From assembly GCA_951406725.2 (NCBI GenBank), contig OX597832.1:3162001-3226000 (forward strand): a stretch of 64,000 bases of DNA, read 5' to 3'. Position 1 is the stretch's first letter. Every line of letters starts with the position of its first letter. This DNA is from Octopus vulgaris (lineage: Eukaryota). Position numbers and translations under genes: made by a program. The notes below the pieces were generated by a model. That model had not been told where the DNA came from. It ran no database searches and saw nothing but the letters and a program-made list of their open reading frames with translations. Below are positions 51,400 to 64,000 of this stretch, piece after piece.

Positions 51400-52280
51400 G
51401 TACATGAATGAGTTTATTTTTGTTTATTTTATCCCATGTGTTCTTGGGTTTCCCTCTTCCACAAATTCCATCCACCTTAAGTGATCATCACTTGTGTATA
51501 CTGCTGTCCTCATCCATATGCATTATATGTCCATACCAGTGCAATCTTCTTTCTTTCACACTACATCTGATTCCTCTTATACCCAATTTTTCTATCAACA
51601 CATGTTGCACATTGAATGAAGCATACTAGCTTCATTTCTTTCTTATCTTTGCAAGTCCTTTGCATTCAGAGCCTAATTCTCACTACTATGTAGTATTACT
51701 GTTTGTACATAAACATCATACTTATACTCTATCTTTCATTCTCAGAGTGAAAGTTTTAATTACCTACAGTAGTAAAAGATCTGTAAAAAATTTTCCCAGC
51801 ATGTTCTTATTCTAGCAACTATACTTACAGAACATCTTTCTCTTTTGCTAATTAAGTCACCTAGGAAATAGACAGGACATTTGAGAAAGTTTGTTTTCCA
51901 TGAGTTCTTAGTGCTTATTGCTTCTGAGCATCTGCTGCATGTAAACTCTACTTTCTCTCTTAACTTGCTTGTGATACCACTGCATCTCTTGCATTGGGTA
52001 TGCCATGCCAAAGCTTTTCTTTTTCTATGTAATGAAGAACGCCATTTCCCTGATGGAAGCAGATATGTCTATTTTCTTATTTACTAAAGCTTTAGTCTTT
52101 GCTAAGTTAACTTTGAGGCCCTTCGATTTCAGGTTTTGCTTCCATACTTAGAACTTCAGTTTTAGTTCTACTAAGATTCAGCTATAAAAACAAGGTCATC
52201 AGCATAAAGGAGTTTCCATGGGCAGTAACTGGTTTTGTACTCCTCTGTTATGGCCTGGAGGACTAATGAAGGGACTGATT
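51400..52280 (-). mobile_element. Degraded RTE LINE RT fragment
   Basis: Minus-strand ELLYADDL and HTQCKRCS..FTCSRC, homologous to 35864-37177. Confidence 0.8.
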
Positions 52281-52289
52281 AGCCAGTGA

Positions 52290-55135
52290 ATCATCATCAT
52301 CGTTTAACGTCCGCTTTCCATACTAGCATGGGTAGGACGATTTTGACTGAGGGCTGGTGAACCAGATGGCTGCACCAAGCTCCAGTCTTGATCTAGCAGA
52401 GTTTCTACAGCTGGATGCCCTTCCTAACGCTAACCACTCCGAGAGTGTAGTGGGCGCTTTTTACATGCCACCGGCATGGAGCCAGTCAGGCAGTACTGGC
52501 AATGACCTCGCTCGAATCTTTTTACACATGCCAGTGAAATGACATTGGCAACAATCATGCTCGAATGGTGCCCTTTTACGTGCCATGGGTATGGAAGCCA
52601 GTTGGCTGCTCGGGCAACGATCACACTCGGATGGTGCTCTTGGCACCCTACTAGCACAGGCACAAGTGCCAGTAAGGCGACGCTGGTAACGATCATACTC
52701 GAATGGTGCCCTTTTATGTGCCACTGGCACGGAAGCCGCTTAGCTGCTCTGTCAACAATCACACTCGTATGGTGATCTTTGCACCCCGCTAGCACGGATG
52801 CCAGTCAGCGAATTGATTTTGATTTCACTTGCCTCAACAGGTCTTCACAAGCAGAGTTTAGTGACCAAGGAAGGAAAAGGTACGCATAAGCGGGCTGGTT
52901 ACGCTCCTGGCATAGGCCACAGGTTATGGTCTCATTTGGCTTGCCGGGTCTTCTCAAGCACAGCATATTTCCAAAAGTCTCAGTCGCTAGTCATTTCCTT
53001 GGTGAAGCCTAAAGTTCAAAGGTCATGCTTCACCACTTCATCCCAGGTCTTCCTGGGTCTACCTCTTCTATAGGTTCCCTCAATCGGTAGGTTGTGGCAC
53101 TTTTTCACATGGCTATCCTCATCCATTCTCATCACATGACCATACCAGCACAGTTGTCTCTCTTGCACACCACATCTAATGCTTCTTAGGTCCAACTTTT
53201 CTCTCAAGGTACTTACACTCTGTCAAGTATGCACACTGACATTACACATCCATCGGATCATGCTGGCTTTATTCTTTGCGAGCTTATGCATGTCCTCAGC
53301 AGTCACAGCCCATGTTTCCCTGCCATGTAGCAGTTCGTATACATGCATCATAAAGTCTACCTTTTACTCTGAGCGAGAGGCCCTTTGTCACCAGCAGAGG
53401 TAAGAGCTCTCTGAACTTTGCCCAAGCTATTCTTATTCTAGCAGCTACACTTTCAGTGCACCCTCCTCCGCTACTGACTTGGTTACCTAGGTAACGGAAG
53501 CTATCAACTACTTCTAGTTTTTCTCCCTGGAATGTGGCGGATTTTCAGTGTTTATTGCTCCCGAGCATCTGCCACATACAAAAACTATCTTTCCAGTTAG
53601 CCTTCCTTTGATATTGCTGCACCTCTTATGTGTCCATAGCTTACACTGGATACATCTTATAGAGTTTCTACCTACACCTCTACTACAGATCGAGCAAGGC
53701 CATCTACCTGAAGGGATTTGTGGTTTGCTTGCCTTCCTACTTATTAGGACTTTGGTTTTAGCTAGGTTGATTCTAAGGCCCTTCGATTCTAATCCTTGTT
53801 TCCACACTTGAAACTTCTCCTCTAGTTCTGATAGTGACTCAGCAATTAGAGTAAGGTCATCAGCATATAGGAGCTCCCAATGGCATCCTGTCTTGAATTC
53901 CTCTGTTATTGCCTGGAGGACTACGATAAATAGGAGGGGGCTGAGGACTGAACCCTGGTGGACCCCAACCTCTACCTTGAATTCTTCAGTATACTCGTTC
54001 CCAACCCTCACCTTACTTACAGTGTCCCTGTACATGGCTTGCACAGCTCTCACTAACCATTCATCTATCCCTGGTTTCCTCATTGACCACCAGATAAGGG
54101 ATCAGGGAACCCTGTCAAAGGCTTTCTCCATGTCAACGAAAGCCAGGTACAGGGGCTTATCTTTGGCTAGGTATTTCTCCTGCAGCTGTCTTACCAGAAA
54201 TATGGCATCAGTGGTGCTTTTCCCTGGCACGAAACCAAACTGCATCTCATCCAAGCTGACTCTCTCCTTAATCAGTTGGGCTATGACCCTCTCCGTAACC
54301 TTCATTACCTGATCCAACAGCTTGATACCTCTGTAATTATTTGTATCTAAAGCGTCACCTTTACCTTTGTAGCAGTTGACTATTATGCTGCTACACCAGT
54401 CATTGAGTATGACTCCTTCGTGTATCACCTGGTTAACTATATGGGTGACTAGGCTATAGCCAACACTGCCAGATATTTTGAGCATCTCTGCAGTAATTTC
54501 TGAAGGGCCTGGGGCTTTCCCTGTCTTCATGCTTCTAATTGCCTTAACTACCAAGGAACTGTCAACTCAGATAGCTGGTCCCTCTGTCGGGTCGACATTC
54601 AGCAGACTCTCTTTATCCCATTCATTTTCTTTATTCAGCAACCTTTCATAGTGGCATCTCCAAACCTCTCTCTTTGCATCATCATTTAGCGCAAATGAAC
54701 CATCATCCATGCGAACACATTTCTCTCCTACCACAACACGATTATCTCTCACACACTGTCTTGCAACACGAAATACCTCATGTCTTTGGTCCTTACGGCG
54801 CAGAACATTGGCAAATTTTTTCTTATCTGCTTCCCCTCTGGCTAAATAAACCTGCCTCCTAGCTTCCCTTCTGGCAGTCTGATACAGTTCCATGCTACCA
54901 CCGTTCTTCCAGTCCTTCCAAGCCTGTTTCTTTTGTCCAATAGCCTTGTCAACAACATTGTTCCACCACAACGTTATTTTGGGTCGAGAGGGGACTTTGC
55001 ACCATCCACGGATCTGGTCAGTGGCCCTTAGCAGGTTGTCCCATAGGAACTTCCAGTTGTCTTCTGTACCATGTGAAGCTATATCCCCTTCTATTTCATC
55101 AAAGGCTCCAAGTAATAATATGTCTCTAAATCTCT
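52290..55135 (-). mobile_element. 5'-truncated RTE LINE with frameshifts, structured 3' UTR modules and (GAT)n tail
   Basis: ORFs 54567-54971 (WWNNVV), 54102-54554 (KAPGPS..NYRGIKLL..QFGF), 53514-54083 (YADD, PHD-like insert) and 53016-53207. Confidence 0.93.
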
Positions 55136-57914
55136 GGTGGTGGTGGTCATTTGTGCAGATTGGTATGATTTCTTTTTAAAAACAATAATGAATAATGCAA
55201 GAATATATTTATTTATAAAGTTTAAACAGAACATGGAATGAAATGTATTTATTTATAAACTTTAAACTGAACATCAATTGTTTTATAAACCTAACAGCGT
55301 GGTTGTACGTAAATATACGGCGTAAATTAACAAAGGTCTAAACCTGACGTAAATACACGAAGTTGACGTCAGATTTTTCTACTTTCACTTTTGACAGCTA
55401 ATACCATGACAGTGCCAGTTAAAATCTCTTAGCTGAAATTTTTCATCCTCTGAGATTCGTATTTTACAGCCAAGGAATCGCAGTGTAGTAAGAGGGTCAC
55501 CAGGCATGCTTTAGTTTATATAGGGTGGTGGGTGGGGAAGTAGGAAGTAGGTCTTAGCTAAGCTAAAGTAATCAAAAGAGAGGGAGAAAGACACATAGTG
55601 ATACAGAGATGGGGTACACGACACGAACTAGCAAACAAGCTAGGAATTGTAAGAGAGATAGAGAGTCAGTCAGATAGACAGATAGATAGATGGATGGGCA
55701 CATACTGAGCCAGTGAGGTGGGGGGTGGGGTCACGACACGCGGGAGGAATGGTTCTGGGGATTTGGAGAAAGACAAAATTAGAGACGAGTGATTGTGTGA
55801 TTGATATCTCAGCCATCAACAAGGAAGACGAAAATATAGAACTGAAATGAACTTGTTAAAAAATGTTAAAAAAATAAAAATAATATTTTTTTAACAAGCT
55901 CACTAGCTAATCATGACACCAGTGACTTTTTTCTATATATCACTTGTGGGTGGATGAGTTGCTGCTATTTCTAGCGGTTGCGTGTCTATCATTGAGGAGA
56001 CTAAGGAACGTTGAAATCACATGATTTGGTGGTCTCAGTGCTAAAGGGATTTATCTCCCTACTAGCATTTTGCACCAAAAGCCAATATGAGAGTTTCTTT
56101 CATGGTAACTAACACAGTATAGTTCTGATGGAATATCCATGGTTAAGTGGGGACAAATATTACTTCTCAGTATTAGTACTGCCTCTGTTGCTAATATATA
56201 TATTTTAACAAGTGATAACACTGTATATACTCATAGACAAGTCACTATGTTTTATTCATATAAAGTTACCTAAAAAAAATAGAAAAAGTTACTGGTGTCT
56301 TAGCTACAGAACCTTACTCCAGGTTTGAAATGTACAGTATACACTAACACACAAACACACCCCTCCCACTGGCAAATGATTGAATATATTTCACTATGCA
56401 GTCTGTATGAGTATTGGCATTGTAAACAAAGTTGTTGTCATGTACAGAAACAAATAAAACTGCTCACGGAAAATTCGAATTTGGTTCAAGAGCAAAGGTG
56501 TTTTATGATGAGGCACATATACTTCTCATAACTGTCCTAACCTTTCATATTTATACACGCAGTTTTGTTGGTAGAAGTGCTAAAAAAATTTATGCTATTT
56601 TTGATAGAGAAAGATGATGTAAAAAAGCAACCATGAGCATTTGAAAGCAAATGGGTTATGAGGTTTGTTTCTGAGTTGTGTATTATTGAATATGATTATG
56701 AGTGTGGAAATTAGTGTTGAAGGAGTGTTTTATGTGTAACATATTATCAAGGTATTTGTGGAAGCAAAAAGAACTTTCAAGAAAATGCTAAAACAAGATG
56801 TCTTGATGTGGGAAGTCAGAGAAAGATATATGAGTGCTTGTAAATTATGTAGGAATAGATTTGTTACTTGTGTAACTATGAGAACAAAAGCTAATAGATA
56901 GCTTACAACTTACTGCTATCTATGAATACAAGTAAATATAGTATTGCTCAAAATTTCCACATGTAAATGTGATTCATGAACAGAAATTGGCTTGCAAATT
57001 GGTAGTGATGAGTAACTCATGAAGCCATTGCATGAATATTATAAATACAGTTTTAATAAAGTTAATTTAAAATCAATTCATAAGTGTTTATTTCATTGTA
57101 ACAAAGTCTCATGGATTTAATGAAAGTATCTGAATGAAAGCATTTGATAATAAAACTTTTTACATGTTGCATTACGTTTTTTATGTCCTTCTGTGCTGAA
57201 GATTACTGGCAGTAATTCCACATTTTTCGTCAGTTAATTTTGTAGGCCACTTTTAATTGGTAACATTTAACTGGTAAAACACTTTTCAATATGTTTTCTG
57301 TTTTGTTTAGTATGCTTGAATTTTCTTGATATATTTGAGACAGCAATTATAATAAACACTGCACATTAGAAAGGTCAATATGTATCATACACCAGGGATA
57401 TTTTTTACCTTGGATTTCATAGCCCAAAATTTGTGATGGACATTACATAGGGGTTCATATTGAACAAGAATAAATATGGTAAATTGCTATGTATTAATTT
57501 CTGATGCCTGAGTAACATTTACTTAGAAGGTGTGTTTCTTGTAATTTGCTCTTAGACTTGAAATCAATTCTTATGTGCAATTCAGGACTTGAGATAAATC
57601 CAATGAAGAATAGTAGGCTTGAAATCAGAATAGAATCACATCTATACAACTCCATAGTCAACTGCACTGAAACAAATCATTACATATATGAAAGAAACAA
57701 TATTGTATTATATATTATGAGATGTATACATAAATGATTTAACATTTGTGGAAAGGAACTGATAGGGCAAGAATTTAAAGAGTTAATTTATTTCTATTTG
57801 TAAAAGCTCATTTTCATGATTAGCAGATAACAAGTAACAAGATAACTTAAAAACTCAAAAATAGAGTCAATATAAATTAAAAATTTGGAGAAATGTTTGT
57901 TCACAAGAATATAA

Positions 57915-58980
57915 TTACGCTTGCCTTCTGTGCAAGGTTGTTGCATAGCCTTTGTACTGGACTCTAGTAGCTGCTACATCTTGGTGATCTCAATTCTCAG
58001 GTCTCCATATTTATTAATCTTTTCTCTTTCTTTCATGATCTTTTGGCACTGCCATGTCGATTATTAGGCACTCTTGTTTGTCCCTCCCTTTGGTGCTCTA
58101 ATACCTTGTCTATCTGGAAGTCAAAGTCCCAGAGGATTTTTGCCTGCCTCTTTTCGACCATTTTTCAACATACACCTTTTGTGGTGTATGTTGGTACCAA
58201 GCACCCATTAACTTGTATCTATACTTCTGGCATATTAGCCAGTGAAGATTTTGGACTACCTTGTTGTGTCTGTGCTTGTACTCTTTCTGTGCAAAACTTT
58301 CACAAGCACTAACAATGTAAGTCACACTTTCGACCCTCTTCCCACACATCCTGCAGAGGTTCATTGCACTTATGAATAAATGAATACACTGCAACAGTAG
58401 AATAATATAATCGAAACAAATGACAGTAACCACACATAACATAACAACAGTCTTTTAAGAACCAACAATCCAACATGCTAACTCGAACTGTTTACTTTGA
58501 ACTCCAACTATCAACACATGAACTGTGGCACTATCATGAACCACCCTCCCATACGAACTGCTTCACTTACTCAGACTGCTATTGTTTATATGTAGTGGTC
58601 CAGTCCATTCTCGCCAGGGGCAGCATACTCTTGCACAACAATATCCCTTTTCACTGAGTTGGTATTCAATGCCTGATCCTGGGCAGCAATGATTAAGCTT
58701 TCAATCTTCTTTTTTAGGTCACCCTTGCTGAGTCACCATCATGATGCTTCTTGGCCTTTTAAGTTGTTAGGTTCATGGTGGAACTGACCATGTTATTTCA
58801 TGCTGAGTAGAGTTTCTTCTCTCTTGGTTATTTGTGACTGGAATTCATTAGCACTCTCAAGTCCATTTTTGGTAAATCCTTCTGCTTTAGTAGTATACTG
58901 TAGCAGGTCTTGTTTGGTGTTTACCAAATATTCTGCCATGTTTATTCTTTCACTGTTGATGCACTCCTGTAAGCCTTGTT
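57915..58980 (-). mobile_element. R4/Dong-like restriction-like-endonuclease LINE 3' fragment, interrupted by a ~280-bp insert (~58360-58640)
   Basis: HGQF..LSKGDLKKKIESLIIAAQDQAL, CRMCGKRVESVTYIVSAC..YKHRHNKV, CLIIDMAVP, KINKYGDL. Confidence 0.78.
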
Positions 58981-59362
58981 ATGGCTTTTTTACATTCTGA
59001 GTATCAACCTCCTGCTGAGGTTGATTTTGTCTTATACCCTTTTGGGGGTCTATAAAAATAAAATACTTGTCAACTACTGGTGTTGATTTAATCAACTAAC
59101 CTTCCTCTAAATTTGGTGCCTTGTGGTTATATTTATCTTTTAATCTTTTTTCTTTTATCTTTTTACTTGTTTCAGTCATTAGACTGAGGCTATGCTGGAG
59201 CACCATAAGGAATTTTTAGTCAAACTAATTGACCCCTGTATTATTTTCTTTTTAAGTCTGTACTTATTCTATCTGTCTCTTTTGCTGAACTGCTAAGTAT
59301 GGGGATGTAAGCACACCAACACTCATTGTCAAGTGGTGATAGGGGGCAAACATCAGCACAAA

Positions 59363-59409
<47 letters not shown>

Positions 59410-60164
59410 CGGGCTTCTTTCAGTTTCTATCTACCAAATCCACTCACAAGGCTTTGCTTGGCCTGTGGCTATAGTAGAAGACACTTGTCCGAGGTTCCAC
59501 ACAGTGGGACTGGACCTGAAACCATGTGGTTGGGAAGCAAGCTTCTTACCACATAACTGCATCATCATCATCATCATCATCATCATTTAACATCCGTTGT
59601 CCATGCTGGGTAAACCGTGGTGTCTATGTGAAGACAAACCATCCCTAGGTCGGGCAGTTTGACTGGAACTGGCACGCTGGCAAACTGCGCCAGACTCCAG
59701 TCTCATTTGGCATGGTTTCTACAGCTGGATGCCCTTCCTAATACTAACCACTCCGAGAGTGTAATGGGTGCTTTTATGTGCTACAGAAACAGTTTTTAGG
59801 TGGTAGATTGAGAGAAACATTAGTGCATTGTACAGAAATACTTTACAGTATTTTTTTGGCACTTTACTGAGTTCAAATCATGCTAAGGTCAGCTTTGTCT
59901 TTCACCATTTTGGGGTTGACAAAGGGTGCCAGTCAAATATTGATATTGATGATATCAAGTATCTCCCCTCCTTCAAAATTTCACACCTTCTATCTATGTT
60001 GTTCTTTGTTTTATCATTGGTTTTATACCCACTTTTACAGCAAGGCCTGGGTTGGATGAGACCTGTCAAAGGCAGTATTCTATGACTTCTTGCCTCAGTC
60101 TTTGTTGAACTGTTTTATGCAGAATAACATGTGCGCAAACATACACAAAGTTTGCACGAATCAT

Positions 60165-61450
60165 AACCGGAACTAGAGGAGAATTTCAGGTGTGGAAGCA
60201 AGGTCTAGAATCAAAGGGCCTTAGAGTTAGTCTAGCAAAAACCAAAGTCTTAGTAAGTAGGAAAGTAGACAAATCACATAGCCCTCCAGGTAGATGGCTT
60301 TGCTTGAACTGTAGAAAAGGCATAGGTAGAAACTCCTTTAGATGTACCCACTGTTGGCTATGGACACATAAAAGATGCAGCAAATATCAGAGGAAGGTTA
60401 ACAGGAAAACTAGTTTTTGTGTGTGGAAGGTGAAGAGGTACAATAAACACTAAAAATGTACAGACAATAGACTCCATCAAATGCCAGGGGTGGGATGGGG
60501 GGTGGAAGCTAGAAGTAGCTGATAGCTTTTGTTATCTAGGTGACCAAGTCAGTAGAGGAGGTGGATATTCTGAGAGCATAGCTACTAGAATATGAATAGG
60601 CTGGACAAAGTTCAAAGAGCTCCTACCTCTGTTGGTAACAAAGGGACTCTTTAGAATGAAAGACAGATTGTATGATACATGTGTGCAAACAGTGAAACAT
60701 GGTCTGTGACGGCCAAGAAAATGTGTAGGCTTGAAAGAAATGAAGCTAGTATGCTTCGCTGGATGTGCAATGTCAGTGTGCATATACAACAGAGTGTAAG
60801 CATCTTGGGAAAAAAGTTGAGCATAAGAGGCATCAGATATGGTATGCAAGGGAGATGACTGTGTTAGTATATTCGTGATGTAGATGAATGTGGACAGCTG
60901 TTTGAAGAGGTGCTGATCTCTAACAGTGGAGGGAAGCTGTGGAAGAGGGAGACCCAGGAAGACATGGGACGAAGTGGTGAAACATAATCTTCAAATGTTG
61001 GTCTTTACTGAGGCAATGACTAAGTGACTGAGGCCTTGGCAATATCCCATGCTTGAGAAGACTCGGCAAACCAAGTGAAATCATGGTTGTGACCATTGTT
61101 GGTGTCATGTAACCAGTGGCATGTAAAAAGCACCATTTGAGCATTGGGCCTCACAGGGGTAATGTGGCTGATGGTGGTATCACGTACAAAGTGCCTTTTG
61201 AGCATTGGGCCTCACAGAGGTAATGATAGATAACAGAGATCTTTGGCAGTATGTTGTGCTTGAGAAAATCCATCAAACCAAGTGAAATCATAGTCATGGC
61301 AGATACTGCTGTTACTTAACTGGCACCTCTGCTTGTGGTATGTAAAAGCGCCCATTACAATCAGTGGTTGGTGTTAGGAAGGGCATCCAGCCATAGAAAC
61401 CTTGCCAAATCAGACTGGAGTCTGGTGCAACCCATCAGCTTACCAGCCTT
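60165..61450 (+). mobile_element. Degraded RTE LINE 3' fragment
   Basis: WKQGLESKGLRVSLAKTKVL..CLNC..CTHC..HKRC, FCYLGD, GRGRPRKTW. UTR modules at ~61110-61350. Confidence 0.88.
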
Positions 61451-62334
61451 GTATATATGTATGTATATATATATATATATAAAACAAAGAATACAGTATC
61501 ATAGATCCATTTAACTGATCTTAACAAATGGTTTTGTATAGAATATTAGATAATCAGATTATCTAAACCACATTCATCAGAGTAGCAAGTATGGGAAAAA
61601 TAGCTATTGCACTCTGTTACTGAAAGTGAGGAAGTATCATATTTGGTTTGTAGGTGCCATAAAAAAATTATGAAATGAGCTGGGGAAGATAGTCAGTAGA
61701 TGGTATTCCATCAAGAGTTATATCCCTTCTCAAGAAAAAAAAAAACCTGAGTGAGTGGTGATTGCCAACAGAGTGAGATTTAGGTACCAGTTGTTAGGGG
61801 TTGGTATGTGTGTCAAGGGGTTCAGGTAGGCGTCTGAAACTCAGACTATAAATATACATGTATATCACAAAATTTTGTAGTTTTCATTTACCAAATATCA
61901 CTTGCAAGACATTGGTCAGTCCACAATTGTAGTAGAAAACACTTGCCCAAAGTGCAATATGGCAGAAAAGAACCTGAAACCTTATGGTTGTGAAGGGAAG
62001 TTCTTAAGAATGAGCCATACCTGCTGATTATTATTGCAATTATAAGGGAAGTGGATTTGCGGAATCATTTTACTGTGGAAGAAATACCTTATTCTGTTTC
62101 ATCTAGCTCTTTATGTTCAAATTTTGCCTGGGCAATTTTAACTTACATCCTTTTTTAGGTTGATGAAATATGAATAGCAGCCAAGTACTGAGGTTGATTT
62201 AATTAACTAAGCCCCCACAACCTCACCATCGAATTTCAGACTTTGTGCCTTAAGATTTGAGGCTAGAATTGGTAGACCCATTAGAGAATTGGATAAAATT
62301 CCTTGCAGAATTTGTTCTGGCTCTTAGCATATGT

Positions 62335-64000
62335 ATATATAAAAAGCAGGATGTGTATGTGTGTGTGTTTGTGTATACGTGAATGTAGTTTATGCACGTC
62401 CACAAATTAGCACGCATGTCGCTCCAATTTTAGGAGGACATTCGTCATGATCCTAGCTGCATTTTCGTCAAATTATTTTTCCTGAGGCACCCGCGGGTAG
62501 TAGTAAAAATCGATTTTCAACCTTAACTTTTACCAATTTTGAAGTTTGCTAACATGAGTTAAGTCCCTTCTTACCATAGCAAAGTGAAAAGGTGTGTGTG
62601 TGTGTGAGGGAGAGAGAGAAGTTGTGTTGATGTATGTGTGTGTGTGTGTGTGTGAGGGAGAGAGAAGTTGCGTGTTGATGTATGTGTGTGTGAGGGAGAG
62701 ATAGAGTAAGTGACAGCGTATACCAAAAATAAAAATATAAAATGGTTTTTTTTCTTAAACACGAGATATAGTGTTCAAATTTAGGATGTTTTTGAAAGAC
62801 ACTATATTTTATAATCAGATTATATATACTGTCTCACACAACAATTAAAATATATTTATTTTAAATCGTTCATCTTTCTCCCCCCTCTCACACACACTCA
62901 CATTACTTTGGGCGTGAAAGAGTTTTGTTTTTATTTTACACAGAGGAAAAAGTATTTTGTTGAGAATCCATTTATTTAATAACATAGAAACAAAGAATTA
63001 CATAATATAAATGGGTAAAATTTCTGAGGCTCTACCACACCCACCCCATTTCTTGGGCCACAAAAAGGGTTTTGTAGCATATTAGGAGGTTAGGGTAGTT
63101 GATTAGACGCAAAAAATCCGATTTTATTTTCTTAGTGAAAATCGTGCGAGTGTTATCTAAAAATTTGCCTGGAGTTTTTCATGGTAAATTTGAGACTAAA
63201 AAAATGTTTTCCATATTCTTAATCCCCGTATTTTTCCACGTACATTGAAAAATAGATGGTGAAAAGATCAATGGGTGGTGGGGGGTGAAATTTCCGAGGC
63301 TTCCACCACACCTCACCCTGTTTCTCGGACCACAAAAAGGGCTTTGTAGCATATTAGGAGGCCAGGGTAGTTGATTCCATGCAAAAAATCCAATTTTTTG
63401 TTTTCTTAGTGAAAATCGTGCAAGTGTTAATCTAAAAATTTAATCTAAAACCTTTTTCCATTCATTTCTGTTTATGAAATTCTCTGTACATAATTTTGCT
63501 TTCTCAGTGGTCAAGGTAAACGATGACTGGCAAAGCAACAGTGCCCTAATGCTGACATTGGATAATGTGCTGATTGAAATCGAGGATGGCCTGCTCAAAA
63601 TGGGTGAGGCAGTATTGGACACATTCAGTTTGCCATCCTCATTGCGATAGGATGTTAACACACTCCCACCAAAGTTATTTCTGTAGTTGTTGTATGACAC
63701 TGATGGCCTTGCGGAGTACCTGAGAATAAATGAACTGAAATTGCTCTCTGATCAGAGGCTGGCGTTCGAATGATCAGAGACTGGCATTTGAAAGTGTCAT
63801 CAGTGCCATTGAAAAACTGGTGGACAGCATTTTTCCCTCGATACTCCTGGAGGTACCAGCAAATCCTTTGTAACACAATTAATACTTGCTAAGATTCGTC
63901 ATGAGAAACAAATTGCGCTAGCCGTTGCCTCCTCAGGAATCGCTGCTACATTATTGCCGGGAGGTAGGATGGCACACTCGGCATTCAAGCTGCCTTTACA
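62335..64000 (+). mobile_element. Helitron relic with a Pif1-type helicase fragment running off the window
   Basis: ~63835-63998 reads LDTPGGTSKSFVTQLILAKIR..IALAVASSGIAATLLPGGRMAHSAFKLPL. Upstream there is a TATATAAAA + microsatellite head and a direct duplication (~63010-63170 vs ~63285-63440). The 5' boundary is approximate. Confidence 0.82.

Noticed and set aside
56500-56680. Possible C/D box snoRNA or small exon
   Set aside because: Boxes are imperfect, there is no terminal stem or recognisable guide, and the ORFs have no recognisable homology.

Overview
This is AT-rich, repeat-dense animal genomic DNA. The SINE, RTE and microsatellite content is most consistent with an Octopus-like cephalopod (inference). 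One intact protein-coding gene is present: a ZNFX1-type SF1 RNA helicase with NF-X1 zinc fingers, a RING-like segment and an RZ finger (+ strand, coding exons 22486-27583 and 28762-28943, 1759 aa). The rest is nested transposons: Penelope-like elements, four degraded Ty3/Gypsy LTR elements (one nested in another), RTE LINEs whose RT carries an internal PHD-like finger, an R4-like RLE LINE fragment, mariner, Chapaev3-like, pogo-type MITE and Helitron relics, tRNA-derived SINEs and several foldbacks. The most notable signals are non-coding RNA structures. There are two well-formed type I hammerhead ribozyme motifs (3723-3773, 10460-10545) beside Penelope remnants, one degenerate hammerhead, and a foldback family with a variant hammerhead-like core. 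An RTE 3' UTR carries a 23-copy array of a ~62-nt hairpin/pseudoknot-like module. An 837-bp near-perfect palindrome with TTAGGG tracts and an 8-bp TSD is also present. All structure calls were made by eye and are untested.
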